Assembly: GCA_009930495.1 (NCBI GenBank)
Contig: RZYB01000001.1
Span: 4,124-68,123, forward strand
DNA length: 64,000 bases
Direction: 5' to 3'
Origin: Deltaproteobacteria bacterium
Lineage (GTDB): Bacteria; Desulfobacterota; Desulfovibrionia; Desulfovibrionales; Desulfomicrobiaceae
Part shown: positions 27,343 through 36,278 of the stretch, in pieces
Position numbering within the stretch: position 1 is the stretch's first letter
Layout of the letters: every line of letters starts with the position of its first letter
Made by a program: the position numbers and the translations under genes
The notes under the pieces: model-generated
What the model saw: only the letters and a program-made list of their open reading frames with translations
What the model was told of the DNA's origin: nothing
Database searches by the model: none

Positions 27343-27831
27343 ATGAAAACCATCCACGCCCCCTGGCGCATTGAGTACATTCTTGGTCCCAAGCCCGATT
27401 CCTGCGTCTTTTGCCTCCCCGATTCAACCGAAGGCGACGAGGAGCGTTTTGTCTTGCACCGGGCCGCGCATTGTTTTGTCATCATGAACATCTACCCCTA
27501 CAGCAATGGCCATTTGATGGTTACCCCGTATCGACACGTCAGTCATATCACCGAATTGACCGCGACAGAAAGTCACGAGATCATGGACTATGTACAAAAG
27601 TCCGCTTTTATCCTAGAGCAGGCCTTCAAGCCACATGGGATAAACATCGGGATCAATATCGGCGAGGCTGCGGGCGCGGGCATCCGGGAACACCTTCATG
27701 TCCATCTTGTGCCCCGTTGGAATGGGGACCATTCCTTCATGGCGGTCATGTCCGAAACCAATGTCATTCCCGAGCACCTGCGCTCCACATACGGGCGCTT
27801 AAAGCCTTTTTTCAATAATCTTCAACGGTAG
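27343..27831 (+). CDS. HIT-family nucleotide hydrolase/transferase
   Basis: Histidine triad HLHVHLVPR. 162 aa. Confidence 0.85.
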   Translation: MKTIHAPWRIEYILGPKPDSCVFCLPDSTEGDEERFVLHRAAHCFVIMNIYPYSNGHLMVTPYRHVSHITELTATESHEIMDYVQKSAFILEQAFKPHGINIGINIGEAAGAGIREHLHVHLVPRWNGDHSFMAVMSETNVIPEHLRSTYGRLKPFFNNLQR

Positions 27832-27842
27832 AGGTGATACGG

Positions 27843-28193
27843 ATGCGTTATCTCAAGGTGTTGGGTCTGGTTGCCCTCTTTTTCTTCTCGATGCTCTTCT
27901 TCGTGCAGAATAACGCGACGCTGGTCCAGGAGCTGGCCCTGCAGCTCAAGGTCTTTGGGTGGCACTATCAGACTGAATCCGTGCCCTTTTATTTGCTTAT
28001 CCTGCTGTCCTTCGTCGTGGGCGCCCTGCTTTGTACGCTGTATTTTTTTCTGGAGCGGATACGCTTGTCCAAGCACTGCAAACAGTACAAAAAGGACATC
28101 GACGCTCTGGAGCGCGAACTGGCCTCCTTGCGTCCAAGTCCGGTGGAAGAACCCTACGTGGCTCCGGAAGCAACCGAAAACGTTCAGAACTAA
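27843..28193 (+). CDS. lapA: LapA-family (DUF1049) inner-membrane protein
   Basis: 116 aa from ATG 27843 (SD GAGG 8 nt upstream). Two TM helices plus a C-terminal coiled coil (KQYKKDIDALERELASLR). Confidence 0.75.
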   Translation: MRYLKVLGLVALFFFSMLFFVQNNATLVQELALQLKVFGWHYQTESVPFYLLILLSFVVGALLCTLYFFLERIRLSKHCKQYKKDIDALERELASLRPSPVEEPYVAPEATENVQN

Positions 28194-28223
28194 CTCCCTC
28201 CGCATTTCGTGTGATCCGTCGTT

Positions 28224-28261
28224 GCGTCCCCCGGCGAACCGCCTCGGGACGCACTTTTTTT
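28224..28261 (+). terminator. intrinsic terminator after lapA
   Basis: GCGTCCC (28224-28230) pairs with GGGACGC (28246-28252), followed by a run of 7 T (28255-28261). Confidence 0.6.
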
Positions 28262-28283
28262 CACCCTTGCCCCCCGAATCAAA

Positions 28284-29303
28284 ATGACCACCTTGCACTC
28301 GTCCTTGTTGGCTACTTCCCGAAGCTGGCTCGTAACCGGCGTGGCCGGTTTCATTGGCTCCAACCTGCTTGAAACCCTGCTTGCCCACGACCAGCATGTC
28401 ACCGGGCTGGATAATTTTTCCACCGGCCATCGCCACAACCTGGAAGAAGTCCGCGCCACGGTGAGCGACGCGCAATGGTCCCGTTTCCACTTTATCGAAG
28501 GCGACATCCGCGATCTGGACACCTGTCACCGGGCGTGCACCGACGTGGACGTGGTGCTGCATCAGGCCGCCCTGGGCTCGGTGCCACGTTCCATCACCGA
28601 TCCCCTGACCACCAACGCAACCAATATCACCGGGTTCCTGAACATGCTGGTCGCGGCCCGGGATCGGGGCGTGCGCCGCTTTGTCTACGCCGCTTCCAGC
28701 TCCACCTATGGCGATCATCCCGACCTGCCCAAGGTCGAGGACGTCATCGGACAGCCCCTGTCTCCGTACGCCGTGACCAAATATGTCAATGAATTGTATG
28801 CCTCGGTTTTTCTGCGCACCTACGGCCTGGAATCCGTGGGGCTGCGGTATTTCAACGTCTTCGGCCAGCGTCAGGACCCGGAAGGAGCCTACGCGGCCGT
28901 GATCCCGAAATGGTTCGCCGGGCTCATGCGCGGCGAGACGGTCTGGATCAATGGAGACGGAGAAACCAGTCGTGACTTCTGTTTCATCGAGAATTGCGTC
29001 CAGGCCAATATCCTGGCAGCGTGCAGCCAGCGGCCGGAAATAGCCGGCCAAGTGTTCAATGTGGCCTGTGGCGAGCGGACCTCGCTGACGGATCTTTTTT
29101 TCCTGATCCGCGCCGAAGCCGCCAAGCATGCTCCGGGCTGCGCGGACATGCGACCAACATACCGGGACTTCAGACCAGGAGATGTCCGACATTCCCTGGC
29201 CGACATCTCGAAAATTCGCGATCTGCTCGGCTACGAGCCGACTCGGGACGTCCGCGCCGGCTTGTCCCTGGCCGGTCCCTGGTATGCGCGGCACCTTGTC
29301 TAA
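28284..29303 (+). CDS. SDR-family NAD-dependent sugar epimerase/dehydratase (WbpP/TviC-like)
   Basis: Rossmann motif [11 protein letters not shown] and catalytic YAVTKYV (YxxxK). 339 aa. Confidence 0.9.
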   Translation: MTTLHSSLLATSRSWLVTGVAGFIGSNLLETLLAHDQHVTGLDNFSTGHRHNLEEVRATVSDAQWSRFHFIEGDIRDLDTCHRACTDVDVVLHQAALGSVPRSITDPLTTNATNITGFLNMLVAARDRGVRRFVYAASSSTYGDHPDLPKVEDVIGQPLSPYAVTKYVNELYASVFLRTYGLESVGLRYFNVFGQRQDPEGAYAAVIPKWFAGLMRGETVWINGDGETSRDFCFIENCVQANILAACSQRPEIAGQVFNVACGERTSLTDLFFLIRAEAAKHAPGCADMRPTYRDFRPGDVRHSLADISKIRDLLGYEPTRDVRAGLSLAGPWYARHLV

Positions 29304-29351
29304 AACAGGATTTCGACGCTCCATCCGTCTCCATCGGAGGATGTATTACCC

Positions 29352-30428
29352 GTGCGTTGGCTGACCTCGATTTTTGCCTCCAAGGGCCACGACCATCCAC
29401 CGGCCTCGACCGGACAGCCGCATCCCGCCCAGGATGCCCTGGCCGCGATCGAGGAATTGACCCGAGCCATCCGGCACAATCCCGAGGCCGTGGAACTCTG
29501 TTCCGCCCTGGGCAACCTCTATCGTCTACGGGGAGACTTGGACCGGGCCATCCAGGTGCGCTCGTCCCTGGCGAACCGTCCCCATTTATCGGTTCAAGAC
29601 CAGGGCTGTATTTTTTTCGAACTTGGTCGGGATTATTCCCGGGCGGGCCTTCTGGACCGTGCCCAGGACGCGCTGTTCAAGGCCCGGCAGCTGGGCGGTC
29701 CATCCTCGTCCCTGGATCGGGAATTGGCCGACCTCTTCGCCAAGGGTGGTCAATTCCTGGAAGCCAGCCGGCAGTATAAATATGTCGGCGCCATTCCCCA
29801 GGCCGCGCATTACCTGGTCCGGGCCGCCTGTTCCCGCTATGGATTCGTCGATCGGGGACTTCTCCGGGAGGCCTTGGACCTTTACCCGCCGTCGCCCGAA
29901 GCCTGGCTGGAAACCATCGGTCTGATGGTTCGTGGCGGCAGCTGGGAGCAGTTGCTGGCGCTCATTGGACACGGACTGACCGCCGTGGCGCCGGACCTGG
30001 GATTTTTGCTGTTGGAACCATTGCTCGACCATGAAACATGGGATGCGCCCATGCCGCCCAAGGACTGGTTTGCCGGGCTGGCGCGCATGATTCATGATCA
30101 ACCGCCGAATCTGGCCCTGATCCATTCCACGGGCCGGTTGCTGCGGGCCCACGGGTTCGTGGCCGAGGCCACGACATGGCAAGAAAAGGCGCTTTTGCTC
30201 AATCCCGCTTTTTGGCCGGCCCGACTCGAACTTTTGACCTTGTCCATGCCGGACCAGCACTTGACACCGGTTTTCGCCATGCAGCTCGAAATCCTTCTGG
30301 AGCGAGGCCGACAGGTGAAGCGCTTCGCCTGCGCCCAATGCGGCCTCAAACGCCGGGATATTTTTTTCTGCTGTCCCAAATGCCTGGCCTGGCATTCCAT
30401 CTCCTTCCGCAAGATTTTAAGCGATTAG
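29352..30428 (+). CDS. lapB: TPR protein with C-terminal rubredoxin-like zinc site (LapB/YciM-like)
   Basis: 358 aa from a GTG start. TPR-like repeats and a C-terminal CAQC...CPKC motif as in LapB. Confidence 0.75.
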   Translation: MRWLTSIFASKGHDHPPASTGQPHPAQDALAAIEELTRAIRHNPEAVELCSALGNLYRLRGDLDRAIQVRSSLANRPHLSVQDQGCIFFELGRDYSRAGLLDRAQDALFKARQLGGPSSSLDRELADLFAKGGQFLEASRQYKYVGAIPQAAHYLVRAACSRYGFVDRGLLREALDLYPPSPEAWLETIGLMVRGGSWEQLLALIGHGLTAVAPDLGFLLLEPLLDHETWDAPMPPKDWFAGLARMIHDQPPNLALIHSTGRLLRAHGFVAEATTWQEKALLLNPAFWPARLELLTLSMPDQHLTPVFAMQLEILLERGRQVKRFACAQCGLKRRDIFFCCPKCLAWHSISFRKILSD

Positions 30429-30430
30429 CC

Positions 30431-33049
30431 ATGAACACTGTCAAACTCACGCCCATGATGGAGCAGTATCTGCGGGTCAAGGAAGAGTACCCGGGAACCC
30501 TGGTTTTTTTCCGCATGGGAGATTTTTTCGAATTGTTTTTCGATGACGCCGAAATCGCGGCCCGCGAACTGCAAATCACCCTGACCAGCCGCAATCCGGG
30601 CGCGGACAACCCCGTACCCATGTGCGGCATGCCCCATCATGCCATCGACGAGTACCTGCGCCAACTTCTGGACAAAGGGTACAAGGTGGCCCTTTGCGAC
30701 CAAGTCGAGGATCCCAAGCAGGCCAAGGGCTTGGTCCGGCGCGAAGTCACCCGCGTGCTCACTCCGGGCACGGTGGTGGAAGACATCAATCTGGACGCCA
30801 AGGGGCACAATTTTTTGGGCGCCCTGTTTTGGGATCCGGACCTGGGCGGAGGCCTGGCCTGGGTCGATTTTTCGACCGGAACCTGGTCCGGCCTGCAAAC
30901 CAAAACCGAGACTGTCCTGTGGCAATGGCTGGCCAAGATGGATCCGCGCGAGGTGTTGCTGGCCGAGGACCAGACGTTGCCGGCTGACTTTGCGGGCTGG
31001 AAAAAACGGATCACGCGGTACCCGCGCGCGACGTATTTCGAACCGCGTGGCGCGGAAGAAAGAATTCTACGTGCCCAGCGGGTTGCTTCGCTGGCCACCC
31101 TGGATTTGGATGACAAGCCCGCCCTGGTTCGGTGTTGCGGAGCCCTGCTGGCCTATTTGGAACTGACCCAGAAGCGGGACCTGGATCACCTCTGCCCTTT
31201 TGAACCCCTGAATTTGTCGTCGACCTTGCTTCTGGACGAAGTCACGGAACGAAATCTTGAATTGTTCCGCGCCATGGATGGCACCAAGGGACGGGGCACG
31301 CTCTGGCAGGTGCTGGACCAGACCCAGACACCCATGGGCGGACGCCTGCTGGAGACCCGTCTGCGCCAGCCTTTCAAGAGCCTGGACCGAATCATGGCCG
31401 TCCAGGAGGCAGTGGCCCTTTTTGCGCGCCAGGACACGCCTCGCGAGGGACTGCGTCAGCTTCTGGATCACGTCTATGATCTGGAACGGTTGTGCACCCG
31501 GATCTTTGTCAATCGGTGCACTCCCAAGGATTTTTCGGCCTTGGGCGCGTCCCTGGCGGTTCTGCCGCGCCTGCGTGTTTTTCTGGACGGACTGGATTCG
31601 CTCCCGCCGCTTCTTGCTGGATTGCGAGCCCGATGGGACGATCTTGACGATGTCCACGCCCTGCTACGCCGTGCCCTGAACGATACCCTGCCACCGGTCA
31701 TCACCGAGGGCGGTCTCTTTCGTCCTGGCCACGACGCCGCCCTCGATGAATTGATGGAGCTGACCGACCATGGCGAGGCTGCTCTCGAATCCATGTTGGA
31801 GCGGGAACGCGAGGCCTGTGCCCTCCCCAAGCTCAAACTCGGGTTTACCAAGGCCTTCGGCTATTACTTCGAATTGACCAGGGCGCGGAACGCCGATCCC
31901 CCGGCCCACTTCATCCGCCGCCAGACCCTGGTCAATGCCGAGCGCTATGTCACCGAGGAACTCAAGAGCCTCGAAGAGCGGTTGCTGAGTGCCTCCGATC
32001 GTCGCAAAGCCCGTGAGTACGAGCTGTTTCTGGCCCTGCGCGAGGAGGTGGCGACGCACCGAACCCGATTCATGGGCATGGCCGCGATCCTGGCGGAACT
32101 CGATTTCGTCCAGGGCCTGGGACACGCCGCCCGCAAATGGGGATGGTGTCGTCCGGAACTCCATGACGGCCTGGAAATCATCATCAAGGACGGCCGCCAT
32201 CCGGTCGTCGAGGCCGTGCAGGGGCGCTCCGGCTATATCCCCAATGATTTGACCCTGGACGATCAGGGCCGCATCCTGCTTATCACCGGCCCGAACATGG
32301 CCGGAAAGTCCACGATTCTGCGCCAGGTGGCCCTGATGTGCATCCTCGGGCAGATGGGGGGATTCGTGCCCGCGTCGTCGGCCCGGATCGGCCTGTGCGA
32401 TCGGATTTTTTCACGGGTCGGGGCCTCGGACAACTTGGCCATGGGGCAATCGACGTTCATGGTCGAAATGAGTGAAACAGCGCGCATTTTGCGGCAAGCC
32501 GGCAAACGCTCCCTGGTGATCCTGGACGAGATCGGCCGCGGCACCAGCACCTTCGACGGCCTGTCCCTGGCCTGGGCCGTGGCCGAGGATTTGTCCAAGC
32601 GACACGGCGGGATCCGTACCCTGTTCGCCACGCATTACCACGAACTGACGGTGCTCGCGGAGCGTCTGCCCAACGTGCGCAACTTCAATATCGCCATCAA
32701 GGAATGGAAGGGCGACATCGTTTTTCTCCGACGTCTGGTTCCAGGCCCAGCCGACCGCAGCTACGGCATCGAGGTGGCCCGCCTGGCCGGCGTTCCGGCC
32801 CCGGTCGTGGCCAGGGCCAAGGACATCCTGGCCGTCCTGGAGAAACATGCCCCCGGCGGAAGGCAACGACGCGAGATTATCAGTCAGCAGATCGCCTTCC
32901 CCGGCTTGGCTCCGGTCGCGGCGACCCGGGAAAAGACGATCGAGCATCCGGTCCTGGCCGCCCTTGCGTCCCTCAACGTCAACGAACTCTCCCCGCTGGA
33001 AGCCTTGACCGTGCTCCACGAGTGGAAAGCCCTGGCAGGACAATCATGA
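30431..33049 (+). CDS. mutS: DNA mismatch repair protein MutS
   Basis: TPMMEQYLRVKEEYPG..FFRMGDFFELF at the N-terminus and Walker A GPNMAGKST. ATG 30431 lies 3 nt after the lapB stop. Confidence 0.96.
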   Translation: MNTVKLTPMMEQYLRVKEEYPGTLVFFRMGDFFELFFDDAEIAARELQITLTSRNPGADNPVPMCGMPHHAIDEYLRQLLDKGYKVALCDQVEDPKQAKGLVRREVTRVLTPGTVVEDINLDAKGHNFLGALFWDPDLGGGLAWVDFSTGTWSGLQTKTETVLWQWLAKMDPREVLLAEDQTLPADFAGWKKRITRYPRATYFEPRGAEERILRAQRVASLATLDLDDKPALVRCCGALLAYLELTQKRDLDHLCPFEPLNLSSTLLLDEVTERNLELFRAMDGTKGRGTLWQVLDQTQTPMGGRLLETRLRQPFKSLDRIMAVQEAVALFARQDTPREGLRQLLDHVYDLERLCTRIFVNRCTPKDFSALGASLAVLPRLRVFLDGLDSLPPLLAGLRARWDDLDDVHALLRRALNDTLPPVITEGGLFRPGHDAALDELMELTDHGEAALESMLEREREACALPKLKLGFTKAFGYYFELTRARNADPPAHFIRRQTLVNAERYVTEELKSLEERLLSASDRRKAREYELFLALREEVATHRTRFMGMAAILAELDFVQGLGHAARKWGWCRPELHDGLEIIIKDGRHPVVEAVQGRSGYIPNDLTLDDQGRILLITGPNMAGKSTILRQVALMCILGQMGGFVPASSARIGLCDRIFSRVGASDNLAMGQSTFMVEMSETARILRQAGKRSLVILDEIGRGTSTFDGLSLAWAVAEDLSKRHGGIRTLFATHYHELTVLAERLPNVRNFNIAIKEWKGDIVFLRRLVPGPADRSYGIEVARLAGVPAPVVARAKDILAVLEKHAPGGRQRREIISQQIAFPGLAPVAATREKTIEHPVLAALASLNVNELSPLEALTVLHEWKALAGQS

Positions 33050-33462
33050 AACAAATCATACTTTTTGTTCTTTTTTTGGCGCTTATGGCTTGTGGCAAGA
33101 AGGAATGGCCCCAGCCCATCGCGACCGAGGAAGCGATATTCATCGACCATATCGACGCGCGCCTGGACGGAAATTGCCTACTCATCAACGCCAAGGTGGG
33201 CGGGAAGTTGCACAATCTGGAGTTTTTCATGGTCGAGGTGGAAGAAAATGGCTGCCCGACCTGTCCCTTCCGCGCGACTTTTGTTCAAAAAATCTATCCC
33301 TACGGATCCGGGGTCCGGCAGCGCGAAAACAGCTATGTCATCACCCTGTGCCAATCCTTTGGCAGTCCCAACCTTCGAATCCGGTTGAAAGCCGAAAACA
33401 CTCTCTCTATAATCGATCCCGCCATCTCGGACGTCGTTACCCTTGACGCTCCCTCTCAATAA
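33046..33462 (+). CDS. lipoprotein of unknown function
   Basis: 138 aa. Lipobox LALMAC|G. Contains a CPTCPF motif. ATGA overlap with the mutS stop. Confidence 0.7.
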   Translation: MKQIILFVLFLALMACGKKEWPQPIATEEAIFIDHIDARLDGNCLLINAKVGGKLHNLEFFMVEVEENGCPTCPFRATFVQKIYPYGSGVRQRENSYVITLCQSFGSPNLRIRLKAENTLSIIDPAISDVVTLDAPSQ

Positions 33463-33481
33463 CCCCTTGCAAGGAGAATGT

Positions 33482-34753
33482 ATGCACTACTTTCAATATA
33501 AAGACGGCCAGCTCCATGCCGAAGACATTCCTGTCGCCGATCTGGTGGAGGAATACGGGACGCCGTTGTACATTTATTCGGCATCAACCCTGAAACGGCA
33601 TTACAAGGCGTTTGATTCGGCCTTCGAGGGCGTCGCGCATCTGACCTGCTACTCGGTCAAGGCCAATTCCAACATGAGCGTCTTGAAAATCCTGGCCGCC
33701 GAAGGCGCTGGCACGGACATTGTTTCTGGTGGCGAATTGTTCCGAGCCTTGCGCGCTGGCGTCAATCCCAAGAAAATCGTCTATTCGGGCGTGGGGAAAA
33801 CGGCGGGTGAAATCCGCGAAGCCCTGTTCGCCGGCATCCTGATGTTCAACGTCGAGTCCACCCAGGAACTGGAACGGATCAATTCGGTCGCCGGCGATCT
33901 TGGCATGGTGGCCAAGATCAGTCTGCGCATCAATCCGGATGTCGATCCCAAGACGCATCCGTATATTTCCACGGGCATGAAAGAGAACAAGTTCGGGCTG
34001 TCCAGGGCCGAAGCGCTTTCCACCTATGCCCTGGCCAAGAATCTGCCCCATGTCGATCCCATCGGCATGGATTGCCACATCGGTTCCCAGCTGACCACGC
34101 TCGCTCCGTTTCTGGAAGCCCTGGAAAAACTGAAGACGTTTTATCTTCAGCTCAAGGACATGGGCGTGACCATTCAATACATGGACTTGGGCGGCGGGCT
34201 TGGCATCACCTACAACGAGGAGGAACCGCCTCATCCCAGGGAGCTGGGGCAAGCCCTGGTCGAGGCGCTCAAGGGCTTCGACGTGACCCTTATCCTGGAG
34301 CCCGGCCGCGTCATCGCGGGCAATACTGGCATCCTGGTGACCGAGGTGCAGTACACCAAGCACAACGAGGGCAAAAACTTCGTCATCGTCGACGCGGCCA
34401 TGAACGATCTGGTCCGGCCATCCCTGTACGGTTCCTACCACCGCATCGCGCCGGTGCGCGAAGTCAGCGGCGAGGAAACGATCGTGGACGTGGTCGGGCC
34501 GATTTGCGAATCCAGTGATTTCCTGGCCAAGGACCGCGCCCTGCCCAAGGTTGCCCAGGGAGACCTGCTGGCCGCCTTTTCCGCCGGCGCCTACGGATTC
34601 GCCATGTCCTCCCAGTACAATTCCAGGGCTCGCGCCGCGGAAATCATGGTCCAGGGGGGCAAGCACGTGGTCATCCGCAAGCGGGAAGTCTATAATGACC
34701 TCGTGTCGTTGGAAGAGGAAGGATTGGCCATGGTGGACGAGCTGGGCCGGTAA
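33482..34753 (+). CDS. lysA: diaminopimelate decarboxylase
   Basis: 423 aa from ATG 33482 (SD GGAGAA). PLP-Lys motif YSVKAN, plus GGGLGI, EPGR and CESSD motifs. Confidence 0.95.
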   Translation: MHYFQYKDGQLHAEDIPVADLVEEYGTPLYIYSASTLKRHYKAFDSAFEGVAHLTCYSVKANSNMSVLKILAAEGAGTDIVSGGELFRALRAGVNPKKIVYSGVGKTAGEIREALFAGILMFNVESTQELERINSVAGDLGMVAKISLRINPDVDPKTHPYISTGMKENKFGLSRAEALSTYALAKNLPHVDPIGMDCHIGSQLTTLAPFLEALEKLKTFYLQLKDMGVTIQYMDLGGGLGITYNEEEPPHPRELGQALVEALKGFDVTLILEPGRVIAGNTGILVTEVQYTKHNEGKNFVIVDAAMNDLVRPSLYGSYHRIAPVREVSGEETIVDVVGPICESSDFLAKDRALPKVAQGDLLAAFSAGAYGFAMSSQYNSRARAAEIMVQGGKHVVIRKREVYNDLVSLEEEGLAMVDELGR

Positions 34754-34783
34754 CTCCTGGTCCGGGCACTCACCCTGGAAGTC

Positions 34784-34818
34784 AAAACGCATGGTCCCGG
34801 TGGACCATGCGTTTTTTT
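34784..34818. terminator. bidirectional intrinsic terminator between lysA and the Hpt gene
   Basis: 11-bp perfect stem ACGCATGGTCC/GGACCATGCGT with a 4-nt loop. Flanked by AAAA on the left and TTTTTTT on the right. Confidence 0.85.
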
Positions 34819-34871
34819 GCGTGGTGATATTTCCAGGAGGCGCCGTCCGACAGCGTATACGAGGGACGCGT

Positions 34872-35228
34872 TTAGTTGCCGGAAGCGAAACGGCGCATTT
34901 CTTCCAGGGTGTCGGCGCAGGCTTCGCGGATGGCTTCGAGCTTTTGGGCCACCGCCGCGCTGTCGGATGCCTTGGCGGCCTGCTCCAACGCAATGGCTAG
35001 CTGGCACATGCGCGCCGCGCCCACTGTCGCCGAGGCGCCTTTCAACGAGTGCGCCAGGCGCCCGACAAGGACGTAGTCGGTTTCAGCCGCCGATTGCGCG
35101 ATATTTTCGAGCTTTTTGGGAGCATCTGTTTGGTACAGGGCAAAAAGATTGACCAGAAGCTCCTTGTCCCCGGACATGCGTTCCAAGGTTTCCTCGATGG
35201 CGAGCACGGGTTCGGCAGACACAATCAT
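34872..35228 (-). CDS. stand-alone Hpt (histidine phosphotransfer) protein
   Basis: 118 aa with the phospho-His motif LAHSLKGASATVGA. Confidence 0.85.
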   Translation of the reverse strand: MIVSAEPVLAIEETLERMSGDKELLVNLFALYQTDAPKKLENIAQSAAETDYVLVGRLAHSLKGASATVGAARMCQLAIALEQAAKASDSAAVAQKLEAIREACADTLEEMRRFASGN

Positions 35229-35380
35229 TCTCCTCGGTTACGTGTTTCACGATCATCCTTTCCTGTATGTTGTTTCATTTCATCTGCAAAGAGCTTTTAT
35301 CGGGCCGATGTTCTCCTTGCCTCGGTGAAACAATCTTTGTAGGCTCGCCTAACTCAATCACCCCAACCGGTTTATGTATC

Positions 35381-35890
35381 ATGAAACATATGTCATCCAA
35401 TCTCGAAGATTACCTTGAGGTAATCTTCAACCTGGAGTCGCAGCATTCCGAGGCCAGGGCCAAGGATATCGCCGACGCCCTGGGCGTTCAACGCGCTTCG
35501 GTCACCAATGCCCTGCAAAAACTTTCCCAACGCGGACTCATCAATTACGAGCCATACAGTTCGGTCACCCTAACCCCGGAAGGATTTCGGACAGCCAGCC
35601 AAATCGTGCACCGACACAAGGTGCTTTTTGAATTCCTGAACAGATTTCTGCGTATCCGCCCGGAGTTGGCCTCCGAAACGGCCTGCAAACTGGAACACGG
35701 CATCGATGACGAAAGCCTGGACGCCTTGATCAAATTTATCCGGTTCATCATGACCTGTCCGCGCACGGGCAAGGACTGGCTGGAGGCCTTCAGTCATGAC
35801 TGCAACGAGCACGGCACCTGCGCCAACTGCACGGAGTGCATTCGGGCCTGCCTGGAACGCCAGGACGCAAAATGCACCAAGAATTCCTGA
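35381..35890 (+). CDS. DtxR/MntR-family metal-dependent transcriptional regulator with Cys-rich C-terminal tail
   Basis: 169 aa from ATG 35381. N-terminus LEDYLEVIF...ARAKDIADALGVQRASVTNALQKLSQRGLI is wHTH DtxR-like. The C-terminus carries 7 Cys, including CANCTECIRAC. Confidence 0.85.
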   Translation: MKHMSSNLEDYLEVIFNLESQHSEARAKDIADALGVQRASVTNALQKLSQRGLINYEPYSSVTLTPEGFRTASQIVHRHKVLFEFLNRFLRIRPELASETACKLEHGIDDESLDALIKFIRFIMTCPRTGKDWLEAFSHDCNEHGTCANCTECIRACLERQDAKCTKNS

Positions 35891-35954
35891 GAGCTGGCGC
35901 CTTTCGTCACGCGCCATGGGGTTGGCCGCGCGATTGCCAAGAGGTGTCAGCGGC

Positions 35955-35990
35955 TTGACAAATTAGACAGGCGAAATAATTATCAACTTC
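35955..35990 (+). promoter_or_regulatory. candidate promoter/operator of the feo operon
   Basis: Perfect TTGACA at 35955-35960. An AT-rich -10-like TAATTAT sits 16-17 nt downstream. It overlaps an AT-rich element (GAAATAATTATCAAC) with partial similarity to Fur-box half-sites. Unusual AT-richness for this genome. Confidence 0.35.
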
Positions 35991-36026
35991 AGACAATTCC
36001 GCAAACCCGTACAGCAAGGAACACCA

Positions 36027-36278
36027 GTGGCCCTCATCGTGAATCTACGTGCCATGCAGGTTGACCAAAGCGGCATCATCAAGAGCGTCAGCGCCCAGGG
36101 CGAACTTGGCCGCCGCATCCGGGACATGGGGCTTGTTCCCGGCTCCACGATAACCGTCATCGGCCGGGCTCCCCTCAAGGATCCCGTGGCGCTGCGTTTG
36201 AAAGGTTTTACCCTGACCCTGCGCAATAGCGAGGCGGATTTCATAACCGTCGAACTTCCGGACGTGCCCCTTGGCTAA
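36027..36278 (+). CDS. feoA: ferrous iron transport protein A
   Basis: 83 aa from a GTG start. FeoA SH3-like pattern (LRAMQVDQSGIIKSV...RIRDMGLVPGSTITVIGRAPLKDPVAL). Confidence 0.88.
   Translation: MALIVNLRAMQVDQSGIIKSVSAQGELGRRIRDMGLVPGSTITVIGRAPLKDPVALRLKGFTLTLRNSEADFITVELPDVPLG

Noticed and set aside
26563-27357. Antisense ORFs inside both ABC ATPase genes (26563-27357 and 55321-56109) that resemble each other (..[23 protein letters not shown])
   Set aside because: The similarity follows automatically from the conserved sense-strand Walker B/signature region of two paralogous ATPases. It is not independent evidence of coding.
30176-30430. 85-codon N-terminal extension of the mutS ORF
   Set aside because: It overlaps the 3' end of lapB in another frame. 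Conserved MutS sequence begins right after ATG 30431, which sits 3 nt after the lapB stop.
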